From: Antedon mediterranea | Lineage: Eukaryota > Animalia > Echinodermata | DNA: 64,000 nucleotides | Reading direction: 5' to 3' | NCBI RefSeq assembly: GCF_964355755.1 | Contig: NC_092671.1 | Location: 14,260,001 to 14,324,000, forward strand | Part shown: piece after piece, positions 1-29,884 of the stretch | Position numbering within the stretch: the stretch's first letter is position 1 | Layout: every line of letters begins with the position of its first letter | Made by a program: the position numbers and the translations under genes | Notes under the pieces: model-generated | Told to the model about the DNA's origin: nothing | Database searches by the model: none | Seen by the model: the letters and a program-made list of their open reading frames with translations, nothing else

Positions 1-3000
1 ACACTGTAAACTTAATGTATTTATAGATCACTTCAGACTTAATAGATCAAGCTATATAATTATATTAGTATTTTGATTTAAGGCACTAGAGATGCTGGTA
101 AGTCCAGCAAACATGTTATGATTGCAAGTACTATATGTATTATAACATGTGCCACACAAACTTTTAATTTAATGTCATTCTGAAAAATAGACTTTCTAGT
201 GTCAATCAAGAATTTTTGGATAGTTTACCTGATACGATATTTGTGGCAGCCATTTTCTCAAAATTTAAATTTTTGTTTTATTTTTGTATCGATCTTTACT
301 AAAAGGAATTTGGATTCATACTTGTTATATTTCATAATTTTTGTTCAGAATTTCCCAAAATTGAACATATTTTTTTCTTTTTAAATTGGTGCAGAGCATG
401 TGATAGATCTTATATTATGTTTAGTAGTGAATATTTGTAGCCAAGAAAAGATATTGCCATACATTTTGCTGGTATTATTATTAACATTCGTGAGGAAAAC
501 AAAATGCCGCTGAGGTGTATAAAAGAGGATTAGAGCAGAGTTTATAAATGAGAAGAAAGCACCGGTAAAGCTATTCACATCAGTCGTTGATTATTTCCGT
601 GCTTAGAACTAGGTTTGGGATCAAACATGGTTAATGATCCCAACAATCTCAAGGTAGAGTTTTGGTCGTTCAGACAGTACCACAGGGAGGAACTAGAATT
701 CCCTTGCTCTCGCCCAATAAGAGCTTTATGTTAAATATTCACCTCATACGAAGAAGTAAAAAAAAATCGTATTTATATTGAGTACATACAGTACTGTAAA
801 CCACATTCTGCTATTGCATTATGGGAACAAGGTGGGTCATTTAAGGACATCTGCAGGAATTAAACTAACTTCCTCTCATAAAAATCTTGATTTATTTGTT
901 TTTGTTTTTGAATATTGACTTATTGGAAATTATTTTCATGATCACCAATTTCTAGAGTATGTTTACTATTTGTTTACAGATTGTTTTGAGTGGTCAACGT
1001 TTATTAAACAATAAAAATAACCATTATTTTTTAATGGAATTCTAGCAAAGCCATTTAATATTTGAAATTAAGATCATTTTAAATTATCAAGGAAGTAACA
1101 CATTTTTTAATAAAATAGAAAGCATCTTACTTCATTATAGGCCCATTTCCTGTGATTTCTTATTTTTCTTGTACATGTATGGTTTCAATATTATAATTAC
1201 GGTAAGTGAGCCTGCTGCCCTCACCTCATATCTAGATTTCATTTTGAAAAATATCTGATTTACAGATTTTTCTATCATATTTTTAATTTCCCTTATTTCC
1301 TGTTGAAAAGTGTTATGAATAATAAATAGTTTTATAAGACTCATTGAGATTAAACTTTCCCTTTCGGTATTTACTACCAGTTTTAAAAATACTTATCTAC
1401 AATGTTACAGTTAGATATATTTAAATTTATTCTAATTAAGATACAATTGCAATCCTCCAATAACAATCCCTTAATTACATGTTTATTGGTATATTCACCT
1501 TGAAACTGATATAGACCTACAGTAAGTGCTGAAAAGTCCAATCTAAACACTGAGTGTGTGACTTATGACAACACAATGTGAATCCCCCACACATGTGGAG
1601 CTCATGGCGCTTTGTGTGGCAACGACGACAAATTGGTTGATATTCAGCATCATAGGGCGGTTTTGTTCTGTGTTTGTTGATTAATCATCTGATTATGTAT
1701 GTCGAATGCTTCTGAAAATAAAAAATAAAAAATGAAGTTTTATCATTATTCCTAAACCGGTTGATGATGTTGAACACTGAATGGAAAAAAAATACACACA
1801 AAAATTGAAAATGCTGTTAATCCAGATAGTACTATGAACTTAAAATTAAAATGTTGTTTTATGCTATAGACTTCATCCTACTGAACTTTGATAATTAAAT
1901 GTGTTACAAACTTAAAGGTCAACTGATCTAAAGGTCAAATATAATATGTTGGAGATTGGCCAATGGCTGCCATGATCATGTGTATTGTTGTAATTTGTTG
2001 ACAAGTTTTTCTATAATAAAAATTCCAATTCCACAGAGACTTGTGTTTATTTTATAAATTAACAGTTCTTAAATGAAATGGATTGGTTTTCATTAACTGT
2101 GGTTTAAGCTTCCTTAACGATAGATATATTAATTGTTTCTCATATACACCTTTTTGATTTCCATGATATGACCTGTCACTTTCTGTTTGAATCAAATGGC
2201 TTTAATAATTGTTTAACAGAAGTTCAAGGAACTGCATTATTTATTTACTAGTCTATCTAGCTTTTATTTTGTTTTTGTCTAAATACAGTACTATATTCAA
2301 ATTTCTTTTTTTGGTGATAAAATGATTTGACGAATACATTGGTGTACTGTATTAAAAAACCCACTCACTAAAAAAATGTTAAGCAATTAATTACTTTAAT
2401 ATTTATTTTCAGCATATATTTCTCTGAAGTGTGTTCAATGTCTGTCTAACAATGAAATTATGGTGGACTGATTTATTAATGAATTTATTTATTTTAGTTC
2501 ATTTTGGCACAGAATCTGTGAACCTACTGTAGCTTTCCTAGGAATAAACAGATACAATGCGTTAATCATTACAATTCATATGGTCTTGTTTCTGCTGCAA
2601 AAAATAACTGGTTAACTGTGTGAATTCATTAACCCCAATTTCAAGTTGGCAGCAGAAACAGGAAAAATTAAAAATAGGACAGCCTAAAAATAAAAATATA
2701 AAAATTATATTTAAAATCAACAGTATTTGAATTTATTCGGCAATATGCAGCTGAAACAGACCCTAAATGACCTACACAGCTGGTTTGGCTCGTAAATGTA
2801 TTTGTTGAATAAATCTTGATTGGTAACGGAAGTAACAGTTATATTACGGATATAGACCTAACCTTTTGTTTTTACCTTAAAATGTAAATTTGTTTTTTTT
2901 ATTCATATCAATATTGTAAACGTTATCTGATATATACCATTACCAGTGTTGAATTTTATATTAGTTTGCCAAAAAATTAAGTGTCACTGTATTACAAGTC

Positions 3001-3754
3001 ATTAAAAAAACCCTTGAATGATTAATAGTTGTCAGAAACTTTGTAGATATGAAGAGCACAATTTGCTGCAATGGTAAGGAGTGCATATGATAAGGTAATA
3101 CGTCTTATTTGAATGTGCCCTTGGGCAAGATGTTTTTTGGTCATCCTGTTGATGAAACATTAAGCCTATGTGAACGGAAAAAGATGTAGGGCACTATTAA
3201 AGAAAGAGGAGTGTTTTTCCAATGTAGTCATGCACTACAGTAATGTGACTGCCCTAGGCCAACGGAGAGCTCAATCTTAACAAAAGTAATAGTACATTTT
3301 AGGTAGCCTGCAGTATGGAATTTTTTTTTCTTTCTATATTAATGACCTTAAAATCTGGAAAAATTAGCATAAAGGTAAATGATTATGTAGATTGAATAAT
3401 GATGTTATTGATTTAAACTAATGTTAAGTGTCAGGAAAAGTAGGTTATGTTGAGATATGATCTTCCTTTGTCTGGTGGACGTTGGAAAACATATGGAGGA
3501 ATAAATTGTACGTGATATACATACATGTAGTTAGAGTTGACACCATGGCTATTAAATGGTAACGCTAACAATTTTGGAGGCTAGATCCGTGCTAAAATTT
3601 GACAGTACCCCTGTATCTTGATCAACAAACGAAGATAAAGGTCAGAAATTCGGAAGTTTATTACAAGTTGCTCTTTTGCTTCTCATACTCTTTATTGCAA
3701 TCTTCTTGTTGTTGAAGCAACTTTTAAGCTGTAACCTAATTGCTTATAAATGTG

Positions 3755-3832
3755 AAACTTGATGTTCTAGATGGTGGTATAATGAATCTGTTTAAACTTG
3801 ATGTTCTAGATGGTGGTATAATGAATCTGTTT
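3755..3832. repeat. 39-bp perfect tandem duplication
   Basis: aaacttgatgttctagatggtggtataatgaatctgttt twice; explains the repeated peptides in ORFs 3736-4008 and 3740-3934. Confidence 0.9.
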
Positions 3833-4588
3833 TTGTATGCATTTACACACTTCCTTTTCAAGTCAAATTTGTACATCATGCTATTAATTAGTCTCATTGG
3901 CAGGTGTACTTTCTTGGAATTAGATGTGTTCTGACCCAGGTCATTAGACAAACATTTACTGTATGATGAGTCATTCTCAATAATTCTGATTAATTCACCT
4001 GTCTTCATTAGGCCATATAAAAAACATTATTTATTTGTTAGCATTCTCTTACCAATTTTCAATGAGGAATCTGGTCAAAGTTGATGTGTGATGTTTGCCC
4101 TATTGAATATTGGTCTCCATTGTACATGAGCAGTTTCAGTTATTCAGACCATAGAATAGTGTTATCTGTACAGTAGTTAATTATTCCATCTCCTACAGTA
4201 CTATTTATTTCTGTATAAATATAGAAGTTTTTAAACATTAACCATTCCATTAGTGAAGTTTGTTTAGGTCATGCCATCTCAGTACACAAGTTCACAAGTG
4301 CAGATGTATAAATTAAAAATATTACAACTTGTCAATGGATTATATATCTTCTCCTGCTGCTACAGTAAAATACTATGAAAAAACTAAAGAATTTATTTTA
4401 GAAACAAAATATTTACAATAAACGTACCCGCAAAAATTAATTGTATAAGTATTGTGCAGCAAAAGGTCAAGTAAAAACTTTTACCATATTTAAGCCGACA
4501 CCTCAAATATGAACAATTTTGATTTTAAGTAACTAGTAATTTTAAAATCCACAAATGACCACAAAACTATTTTATATGCTTTTATGTA

Positions 4589-5408
4589 CCGTATATTTCG
4601 GTCTATAAGTCGCACCTGTGTATAAGACGCACCCCCTAACTGAGAGTAAAATATCAGTATTTTTTATATCGTCGATGTATAAGACGCACCTTATATTTCA
4701 TCAAAACAATGTTTTTTTAAATTGTAATCAATATTATTGTAATAATATATTTTGTTATATCTACAACGGCGTCCTTTATTTAGGTTTTTTCTTACCTAGG
4801 CTCGGCCGCGCCCAGCCTCAACAAGTTCTTTCTAACTTGTTATTCATGAGTTTCGCGCCGCAACATCGAGTGCATGACCGTGTGTGTAACACGCACGTGT
4901 GTGGGCTAGCCTCGCTCGATCATTTCGAGAGGGCGCACGTTTTCACGGACAATCGTATTCGATTAGTATCTATGTAGCCGAGAAGTGTGTACGCTAGGTC
5001 CATGCTATAATCACCTGGAGAATATACTATTCGAATACCGTACACCATGTGGCCACCAAAAGAAGGGCTTGCGCTTGGGGTACGGCGATCGTGCGTATAA
5101 CTAACTACTGTATAAATAAATACTATTCCAATCGTACGTAAACGTTTACAAATGAAATTTTATCGGAGCGCCATAATGAACAAATCTTTTCATTATATTT
5201 AGTATAACACCATGCTAAAATGACTTGAAAACTAGGCAGAAGCAGGTTGCCGTTACTCAGGCCTAGCAAACAAGGTGACGATAGCCTAGGCCTAGGCCTA
5301 TGTACAATCTGTGTGGTGAGGCATTTATGTTCGGTGTATAAGACGCACCCTTAATTTAGAGGTCAAATTTGTGTGTCAAAAGTGCGACTTATACACCGAA
5401 ATATACGG
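4589..5408 (+). mobile_element. Tc1/mariner (pogo-like) MITE, copy 1
   Basis: TA TSD; about 27-bp TIRs CCGTATATTTCGGT(C/G)TATAAGTCGCAC...GTGCGACTTATACACCGAAATATACGG; internal repeats of GTATAAGACGCAC; near-identical copies at 8212 and 11035. Confidence 0.9.
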
Positions 5409-7237
5409 TACATCTTGCAGTGTATTATTATATTTGAAAGTGGTTTGATAGAGAAGTCTATCGCCCTCATTTTAATTTATTTTGCATACAAAAAACATAC
5501 CTGTATTATTTGTATTTTCTATGTACAATATTCATGTACATTAAAATCACATTAATGTTAGAATATTGTTTAGTTATTTTTTTTAAACAAGTGTACAGTA
5601 ATATATGTGTATGTTATCTTTGTTTGAAATGAATGTCACTTAATATTATCGAAAGCAAGCTCTCTAACTACACATTCATGTAACCTTTTATTTTATGACA
5701 TGATTTGAATGTAGTTCGATGTCTGTAAACTATTAATTATGGCGTCACGGTATAGTGCATTATACTTTTATTCGCAAATAGAATTACAAAGCATTTCTAA
5801 TTTACTGTTCAGGAAGAGTGACTCGTGATTCATGTCTTCTAAACATGTTAAAATACAATAACAAAATTCAAATTCTTTCGCGACATAGATTTTATTAATT
5901 CATTATACATCAATTTATTTATTTTTTAGTTTTATCTTGTACATAAGAACATTATGTATTTATTTATAACATTGAGCTCTGTAGATATGGAAGTATTTTT
6001 TACTTCCATTCTAATTAAAATTTACTGGCCTTTTTAACAATAGGGTGAAATTATTTGTTGCGAAGTACGCCCTACTGTAGAGTTGATCCCTTAATAGCAA
6101 CCATTCCGCTTTTGTCCCTACTGTACCTTTGTCTGTGATACCCTATTTTGTAGTAGGAAATAAGGCCATACTGTACCTATAAAATAATTCAGAATATTAA
6201 AAAAATACAGGATTTTGAACTTATTTTGATATTTTCAAAGTAATGAGAATCATTAAAATGCTAAAAGGTATTAATTTGAATTAGACTGATTATATCTTTC
6301 TGAACTTTCTGAATTGTTGTAGAGTGGTTGTTTATCAAAAGGAATTTATTTTTTCTTATATCTTACTTTAAATACTGAAAATGATATGTTGGTGTCAGCG
6401 CGTGATGTCATATCGGATGTGCACGTTGATCCGCAGCTTATCGCTGCCTAGTCATCAGGTTTTACAACATTTATCGGTATTGAAATGTCGAATAGCTAGG
6501 AAAGTCATGCAAATAGCTTTTAAACATTCGTCCTACTTCTATCGGGGGAATATTAGCTTGTAGAAGTACGTTTGAGTAAAGAGTGTGTGTGATACGACTT
6601 CAAAAGAGCAGAATATCAAGTATTTCATTGCAAAGGGTTACAGTAAGTTATTCAACTGCAGTAGTATGAAAGAACTAAAATAACAGTTTATGTTTTAAGT
6701 ATACTTTTTATAAAGTTTTTTCTATCTTGTAGGCATTTTATTTTTTATTTATTATTTGTACACATGTTGTTAAACATCAATGACTCTTTCAAAAAAGTTT
6801 TTCAAAACCATCTTTTTGTTTTTGTGATACAAATATACCACATACAACTACTGTAGGCTATGTATATAATTACATTATAAAACTAGATTTAATCCGTCAC
6901 TATGACGAATTATAGGTTATATGCATTGATTTAAATAAAGATGATTGATTGAAGATATATTAATTTATTGATTTTCTCAGAATCTTTAATTATTTATAAT
7001 ATATGATAGGATCTTGCTAACGCAAATACAATAGCCGGTATCATAATTTGATCAAAGATCCTTCTGCGTATAATAATGTCATAAACCACATTTGTTACAT
7101 ATATTAATAAAGACATAGTAAGTTACTTTTTATCTAGATTTCATTATAAATCATGTGTATAATCTAACACTAAGAAATACAATTGAACAAACAATACGGA
7201 TAATAATAAAAAAATCTTATTTCGTTTCGTTTCTCAA

Positions 7238-7298
7238 GATGAGACTCGAACTCGGTACCTTGAATGCTACAGACACGAGCAAAGACCACTGAGCCATA
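7238..7298 (-). repeat. tRNA-derived (SINE head-like) remnant with Pol III A and B boxes
   Basis: Minus strand TGGCTCAGTGG (A box) ... GAGTTCGAGTC (B box); no complete cloverleaf visible. Confidence 0.5.
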
Positions 7299-8211
7299 CA
7301 TAACTGACTAAAAATTATGGAAAGATTCCTCTCTGTATTTACTATGCAGTAACCACTTTGGTGCAGATAGATTATTACATACCGCAATGAATTTTAATGT
7401 TTTACTATGATGACATCTTTAAACATTTTTAAAAATGATGCACTGTCAAACTATATACTTTTAACTTTATTATATGAACTTCTTAAGGAAGAAAGTTAAT
7501 GTTAAATTTGTTATTTTGGCCTAAGAAAATGTTATAATTTGTTTGATTGTCGAAATTAATTTTTTTAAATTTAATATGCCATTAATGATGACTTAATCAA
7601 CTTTTGTTCTCTTAATTTCATAATAAATCATACGTATGATACATACACTTCAAGAAAATGAAATAAAAAATAGGTGTTCCCGAGCATTCTAACGATATAT
7701 ATTAATTTAAAAATTTAGCATATTTTCACCATTTTGTTAACTTACACGTGCGTAGCCTGTCACTTTTGACGTGCTCGTATAACGCTGTTTCGCGTTGAAA
7801 AGTGAATAAAATATGATATTATTAAAGAAAGGTTATACAACAGTAATCGGACAAAAACAGTGCTCATTAACGTTTGACGCGCGGTGCGTGTGCAAAAATC
7901 TGTGCACTTGCCTGAAACGTACTCTAATTTCATCGAAAATAAATTCTGACAATGTTGAATATTTTAAGCGCGCGTACGCATGCCTTATATGCCCTACGCA
8001 CGTAATTGTATTGCCATATGATGAAATATGACCTGAATTTATGAGTACCAAATTTTGTTTAAAAGTGATTCATGCTTGTGAAGATATAATTACAAACGTG
8101 ATTTCGTTAAATCGCGCGTAGACCGCGTAATTTTTGATTGCGCACCGTGAAAACATAACCACATCGATTCCTGGCCATAAGGAATATACAGTACTCTGAA
8201 AAATTGACTTA

Positions 8212-9019
8212 CCGTATATTTCGGTGTATAAGTCGCACTTTTGACACGCAAATTTGACCTCTAAATTAAGGGTGCGTCTTATACACCGAACATAAATGCC
8301 TCACCACACAGATTGTACATAGGCCTAGGCCTAGGCTATCGTCACCTCGTTTGCTAGGCCTAGGCTAGGCCTAGCTAAAGTAACTAACTAACGTAACGGC
8401 AACCTGCTTCTGCCTAGTTTTCAAGGCATTTTAGCATGATGTTATACTAAAAATATGATGAAAAGATTTGTTCATTATGGCAATAAAATTTCATTTGTAA
8501 ACGTTTACGTACGATTGGAATAGTATTTATTTATACAGTAGTTATACGCACGATCGCCGTACCCCCAGCGCAAGCCCTTCTTGGCGGCCACATGGTGTAC
8601 GGTATTCGACTAGGACATTCTCCAGGTGATTATAGCATGGACCTAGCGTATACACTTCTTAGATACATGGATACTAATCGAATACGATTGTCCGTGAAAA
8701 CGTCCGCCCTCTCGAAATGATCGAGCGAGGCTAGCACACATGTGTACGTGTATACACACATGGTCATGCACTCGATGTTGCGGCTGTTGAGGCTGGGCGC
8801 GGCCGAGCCTAGATAAGAAAAAACCTAAATAAAGGACGCCGTTGCAGATATAACAAAATATATTATTACAATAATATTGATTACAATTTAAAAAAACATT
8901 GTTTTGATGAAATATAAGGTGCGTCTTATACACCGACGATATAAAAAATACCGATATTTTACTCTCAGTTAGGGGGTGCGTCTTATACACAGGTGCGACT
9001 TATACACCGAAATATACGG
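8212..9019 (-). mobile_element. pogo-like MITE, copy 2 (inverted relative to copy 1, nested in the Helitron2-like element)
   Basis: Same TIRs and TA TSD; ORF 8643-8990 mirrors ORF 4618-4977. Confidence 0.9.
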
Positions 9020-9582
9020 TAGCTAGATGAAACTGATACCAAGATAATTCACTGACAAAATAGTGCTAAGGAAAGAATAAATAAATAAATAAAGATCCTG
9101 ACAGAATCAAGAGGTTATATGCATTAACCTAATTAATCGTATTAAGAATAATATTTTTATAAATATACTCATTAAGAATATTCAATTTTGATATTAGGAT
9201 TTATAAACCATTTGCATTATTATGTACAGTATGAATTTATATTTCCAGTTCATATCAACAGTATTTTTTATTTCATTTATAACTTTATTTTACTTGGTTT
9301 ATTTGGAGACTAGCGCAAATGAAATCAGCTTCCCAAAAAGAGTTAAAAAGGTCACAGACGGTGAGCTATGAATATTCTTCAATAAATATTTATAGTATTT
9401 TACTAACAAAATGTAATTGTATTAAATCAAATCTTAATTTTGTCGGGTTAGAATATAAAGTACAGGCTAGATGATGGAAATTTGTTCTATATTTCATAAA
9501 ATGTGTTAGAATAGCTTGCAGTATGATTATTTCTCATCACATCCAAGAAGGTCAATCTGTATGGGTTGTACCCAATGCTATT

Positions 9583-9599
9583 TGACCTTACATTGACCT
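9583..9599 (-). promoter_or_regulatory. Perfect DR5 retinoic acid response element (AGGTCA atgta AGGTCA on minus strand) in putative RAR promoter
   Basis: TGACCT-tacat-TGACCT at 9583-9599, followed by ATTGG (inverted CCAAT) at 9610-9614, about 200 bp upstream of ATG GTT G|gtaagt. Confidence 0.7.
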
Positions 9600-9660
9600 T
9601 AGCCCGACTATTGGATGAGTTGCCTGCTGTTCATTAAAGCTCAGCCAGCCATTTTGTTAC

Positions 9661-9677
9661 AGGTCGTAGCTAGTTCA
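9661..9677 (+). promoter_or_regulatory. Near-consensus DR5 (AGGTCG tagct AGTTCA)
   Basis: One mismatch to RGKTCA-n5-RGKTCA, about 60 bp downstream of the perfect DR5. Confidence 0.45.
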
Positions 9678-9793
9678 ACACCGCTCTTTGTGTGTACAGT
9701 TCGGTACTCCTAATACATACTTCAGCTTTTGACAGTTGGGCATCGGATATTTTTATAATATTAATTCACCTGTCGTATCTTCCACCTTTTTCT

Positions 9794-26271
<16,478 letters not shown>

Positions 26272-27293
26272 GTTATTAAGAGGTTCAGTAAGCTAAAAAC
26301 AATGCGAATAACATAATATGAACCCATTGACAAAAACAATAAAAAATACAGCAGTTGAATTTAAATAGTAAACTATGATCAGCGACAAAAATAGTACTGG
26401 ATTTTGCAAAGAAAAAAAACTATGAAAACTTTCAATGTTAGAAAGCAGTGTACTGCCCTCAGACTTCTGTGAAGGAAGAAACAAAACTAAATTTTATATT
26501 TTGATGAATCCAACAACATATTAATGATGGTGATTTATTTTATCCAATTCATTACTGATGTCACAGGATTTAAGCAATTCTCTTATAAATACAATCTGCT
26601 TTATTATTATTTATTATTATTATGCCTGTGCACACAAGTTCAAACAAGAACAAAGTATGTATTCATAACTAATATACTGTACTGAATGACATATATCTAG
26701 GAATTGTGTAAATCTGTGGGTAAAGTTAATTCAATGTATTTTAATGAAGCCTTAATTTTTAATATTCATGTATACCTAGTTATGAAGCCAAATAGGAAGG
26801 TGATGCCAGAAACCTCCTATACAAAAGCATCAACATGTGGCATTCTGGGGTAATTTTTACTTATATATTATATGGAGAATTAAAGATTTGTTTGCAGGCT
26901 TCAAGAGGGTGTAAATCAGGGTTATTCACATTATGCAAAATGAATGATACTTTAGATTAAGTTCACAAATTACATAGAATACATATCAAGTCAATATTAA
27001 TAGGAAACGTGTTTTAATGATAATAATCAATAATATTGAGCATCATATCATATTAGTTCAATCTTAATTTTGTTATCTTGGTGTATTGTAAACTCGTAGG
27101 TTCACACTGCACATTTTTTTTTCATTAAATATTTCACTAAGAGAGGATGCAATCCAAAGCATACAATCCATTTTTGAGGAGGGAGGAAAATCGATAAATG
27201 GCACCATTAGCTTTGCCATCTTGTATACAGCATCAAGCATCAACTTTCAATTTAAAAATTAATGTATATTTACTTTATCAGCATTCTTTCTCA

Positions 27294-27432
27294 AGCTCTG
27301 TTTACACTATCAACCTTCATGTGACGAAAAAATGTGATGTGCCTGAAAATGGACATGATGATGTCATATCACTACCATATTTGGGTATACCACACTTTTT
27401 GCTCAAACTAGTTTGATAGTGTAGATAGAAGT
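27294..27432. mobile_element. MITE family B copy in the presumed RAR 3' UTR
   Basis: Same TIR and body as 24067-24225. Confidence 0.75.
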
Positions 27433-29329
27433 TTATTCCTTTAAAACAAATTTGCATAGAAAAACTAAAAAAGAACATTGATCAAACTTATATATCTTGC
27501 CATTATTAAAATTCTAATAGTAAATCATTTTTTTTCCAAAATAGTTGTTACATTAATGAAATTCTTCCTTTCCATTTCCTATACTGATGTTTTTAATGTT
27601 TGTGGTCAAGTTATATTTACATGTTTTAAAAAATGATTTTATTTACAATGAAAAATGATTTTATATATATATATATATATTATTTTAGGACACTGTATTG
27701 TGTGAGTCTACAAAGAAATATTATTATTGTAATTTTTATGTATTTCTGACAACTGAAATTGTTATTTCTTTATGGAAATTTTGAAGGTACAATCCTAATA
27801 CAGATTCAAAAAAAGGAGAAAAATTACATATGTCATTCACATAAGTATAAATTTATGTACATAATTGTTGACATAAATTGACATCTTGGCAAATTAATAA
27901 TTTGTGTTCAAATGCTAATTGCAGTGTCTTGATAATCATATTAGAATGTATATTTTTATTATGCCTGAAATATTAAAGATTGCGTTTTTTTATGTCCTCT
28001 TAGAGGAACTGTTTAAAGGAATTATATAACTGCTTTCTTGTAATTGTTTTATTATATAAAATGTTAAGTATAATTGATGAAAGGATGTGTGTTCCATGAT
28101 GTTGTATCAAGGGGGACTTTAAAGGGGTTTTGTGAATTCAATTCTGTAGGCCTTTATTGTAAAATAAATTATTATTGTTATTACTGTGCAGTAGCCTGAT
28201 AGTTTGCTATCCTATTCTGTTTGAGAGTTGTTTAAAAAAAAATAATTTCCTTGAAAATTCAATGAAATATAAAACAAGTTATTTAGTTACTATCCTTTTA
28301 AGTAAGTATTTTTAATAATGTAATCTTAATAATTTTACAATTTTATCAGTGGTTATAAAGCATTAATACACTGATATACTGAACTATGAATATTTATAGA
28401 TCATTATTACTATTCATAGATCACTATAAATATTCATGCCCATCATTCTATCGTATGCCATAGTGTATATTATAGAATAAGATAATAAAGACTCGTAAAT
28501 ATTTATAAAGTTTAATTGAAATGGGTTTATTTATATTTGCATATACATTATATATTCTTTCAGCTGACCCGATAGAAGTTTCATCATTGTAAGTTAAAAT
28601 TTTTAGAAGAAGCATGTTTGCAATGTTGCATATTATTAATTACGACATAAGAGGTATATTATCGTTTCATTTTCAGCATTAATCTGTAAAACAACATGTT
28701 TTATTCCGCTGAAAGTCGAAATCACTACAAGACCAGCACAATCAATGCTATACAATATGTTAGTTGTGCCACACAGTTTATGTGACAAGTTCATGCAAGA
28801 CATTACTATGGCGGAGTAACAATTTGCTATGTTTTACTTTACCCAGACCCTGTAATAGGGTTATCTCATGTTTTAAAAAATCATTATATCTTTGTTTTGT
28901 TATGTATTTGAGAACTGAGAAAGAGCTGTAATTCCTGTCGACTATAAACATGTACATATGAAATATAAATTGGGAATTTTGTGGGAGGGGTTAAGATGTG
29001 TGTGTGGATGTTGGGTGCTCTTGCGTACGTGTGTGTTTAACATTATTTCTTCGTTTAGAATGAAAGATAAAAACAATTGCGTGTATTCATGTAAAATGTA
29101 TTTTTGAAAAAAAAGATCTATAAAATAACCATTTTAGAGGGTACTAAATTAAAAATGTTCAGATTGAACATTTATTTGTATACATTGTGGGGCTGTATAT
29201 TAGCTTATTATGTTAGCATCTGTATGGTCACGCAAAACCAAATAAAACATATCTCAATATATTAAATGATGTTTGTATTGTACTTTTATTATTTTAATTC
29301 ATTTATGTATCTATGTAGCCAATGTTCCG

Positions 29330-29770
29330 GGCATTTACGTGATAATGAAAGTATTGATCTCTGCAGGTTCAGATGTGGGAACCATCGACTTCAAATCTTT
29401 AAAAGATACAGTAATGAACACGAAACCAAATGTACTTCATGTAAACAAAATGATACTGGAGACGAATACCACTATTTATTTGTTTGCCCTTTACTTGTTC
29501 CCATGCGCCAAATATATATTCAAAAGTTATACAAAAAAATTATATCACCCGCCCAAATAGAACCAAAATGCACCAATTACTTAATACCAGATCCAAAAAA
29601 AAACTCTAAATTTATTCATGAAATTTTGTATTTGTTTAGTTAGATGTTGCTGTTCGATATATAAATTATTTATGTCTGAAAGTGTTTAGTTATTTTCTTT
29701 TTTAAGGTTGAAAGAATGTTCTTTCATACCCTGAAAAGGGTCGCTAAAGAAATAAATCATTGTCATTGTG
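29330..29770 (+). mobile_element. 5'-truncated non-LTR retrotransposon 3' end
   Basis: LCRFRCGNHRL...CTSC...DTGDEYHYLFVCP is the post-RT CCHC knuckle typical of LINE ORF2 ends; AATAAA plus a short repeat tail (tcattg)2 at about 29752-29768. Confidence 0.7.
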
Positions 29771-29884
29771 AGGTGCCATATTCTTCAAAATATTCCAGAG
29801 GTCATTATTAAAATGAAAGTTGAAACACTGGATACACTCCTGTCAATGCCCACTGTTTCATTCGCAAGACAAATTGTTTTTGTT

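Larger units (their letters stand above)
6883..9133 (-). mobile_element. Non-autonomous Helitron2/Helentron-like element interrupted by MITE copy 2
   Basis: Minus strand ends with hairpin AATTCGTCA-tag-TGACGGATT then aaatCTAG|tt (6883-6911); AGGTTATATGCATT occurs near both ends (6914-6927 and 9112-9125), forming the hairpin AGGTTATATGCATTAACCT at 9112-9130. Confidence 0.55.

Noticed and set aside
1141-1206. Upstream exon-like segment ending in gtaagt as an RAR coding exon
   Set aside because: Its ATG frame is phase 0 and incompatible with the phase-1 acceptor at 13693; it could only be UTR.
4281-4302. AGTACA-ca-AGTTCA-ca-AGTGCA as a DR2 array
   Set aside because: Two of three half-sites are mismatched; more simply an 8-bp tandem repeat.
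4618-4977. ORFs 4618-4977 and 8643-8990 as a duplicated protein-coding gene
   Set aside because: Both lie inside MITE copies, differ by indels, and have no transposase motifs.
6420-6460. Minus-strand CUGAUGA followed by a GCAGC/GCUGC stem as a hammerhead
   Set aside because: The stem is followed by GGAU rather than GAAA, and stems I and III are missing.
7238-7298. Functional tRNA gene
   Set aside because: Only A and B boxes; no acceptor or anticodon stems; embedded in a repeat.
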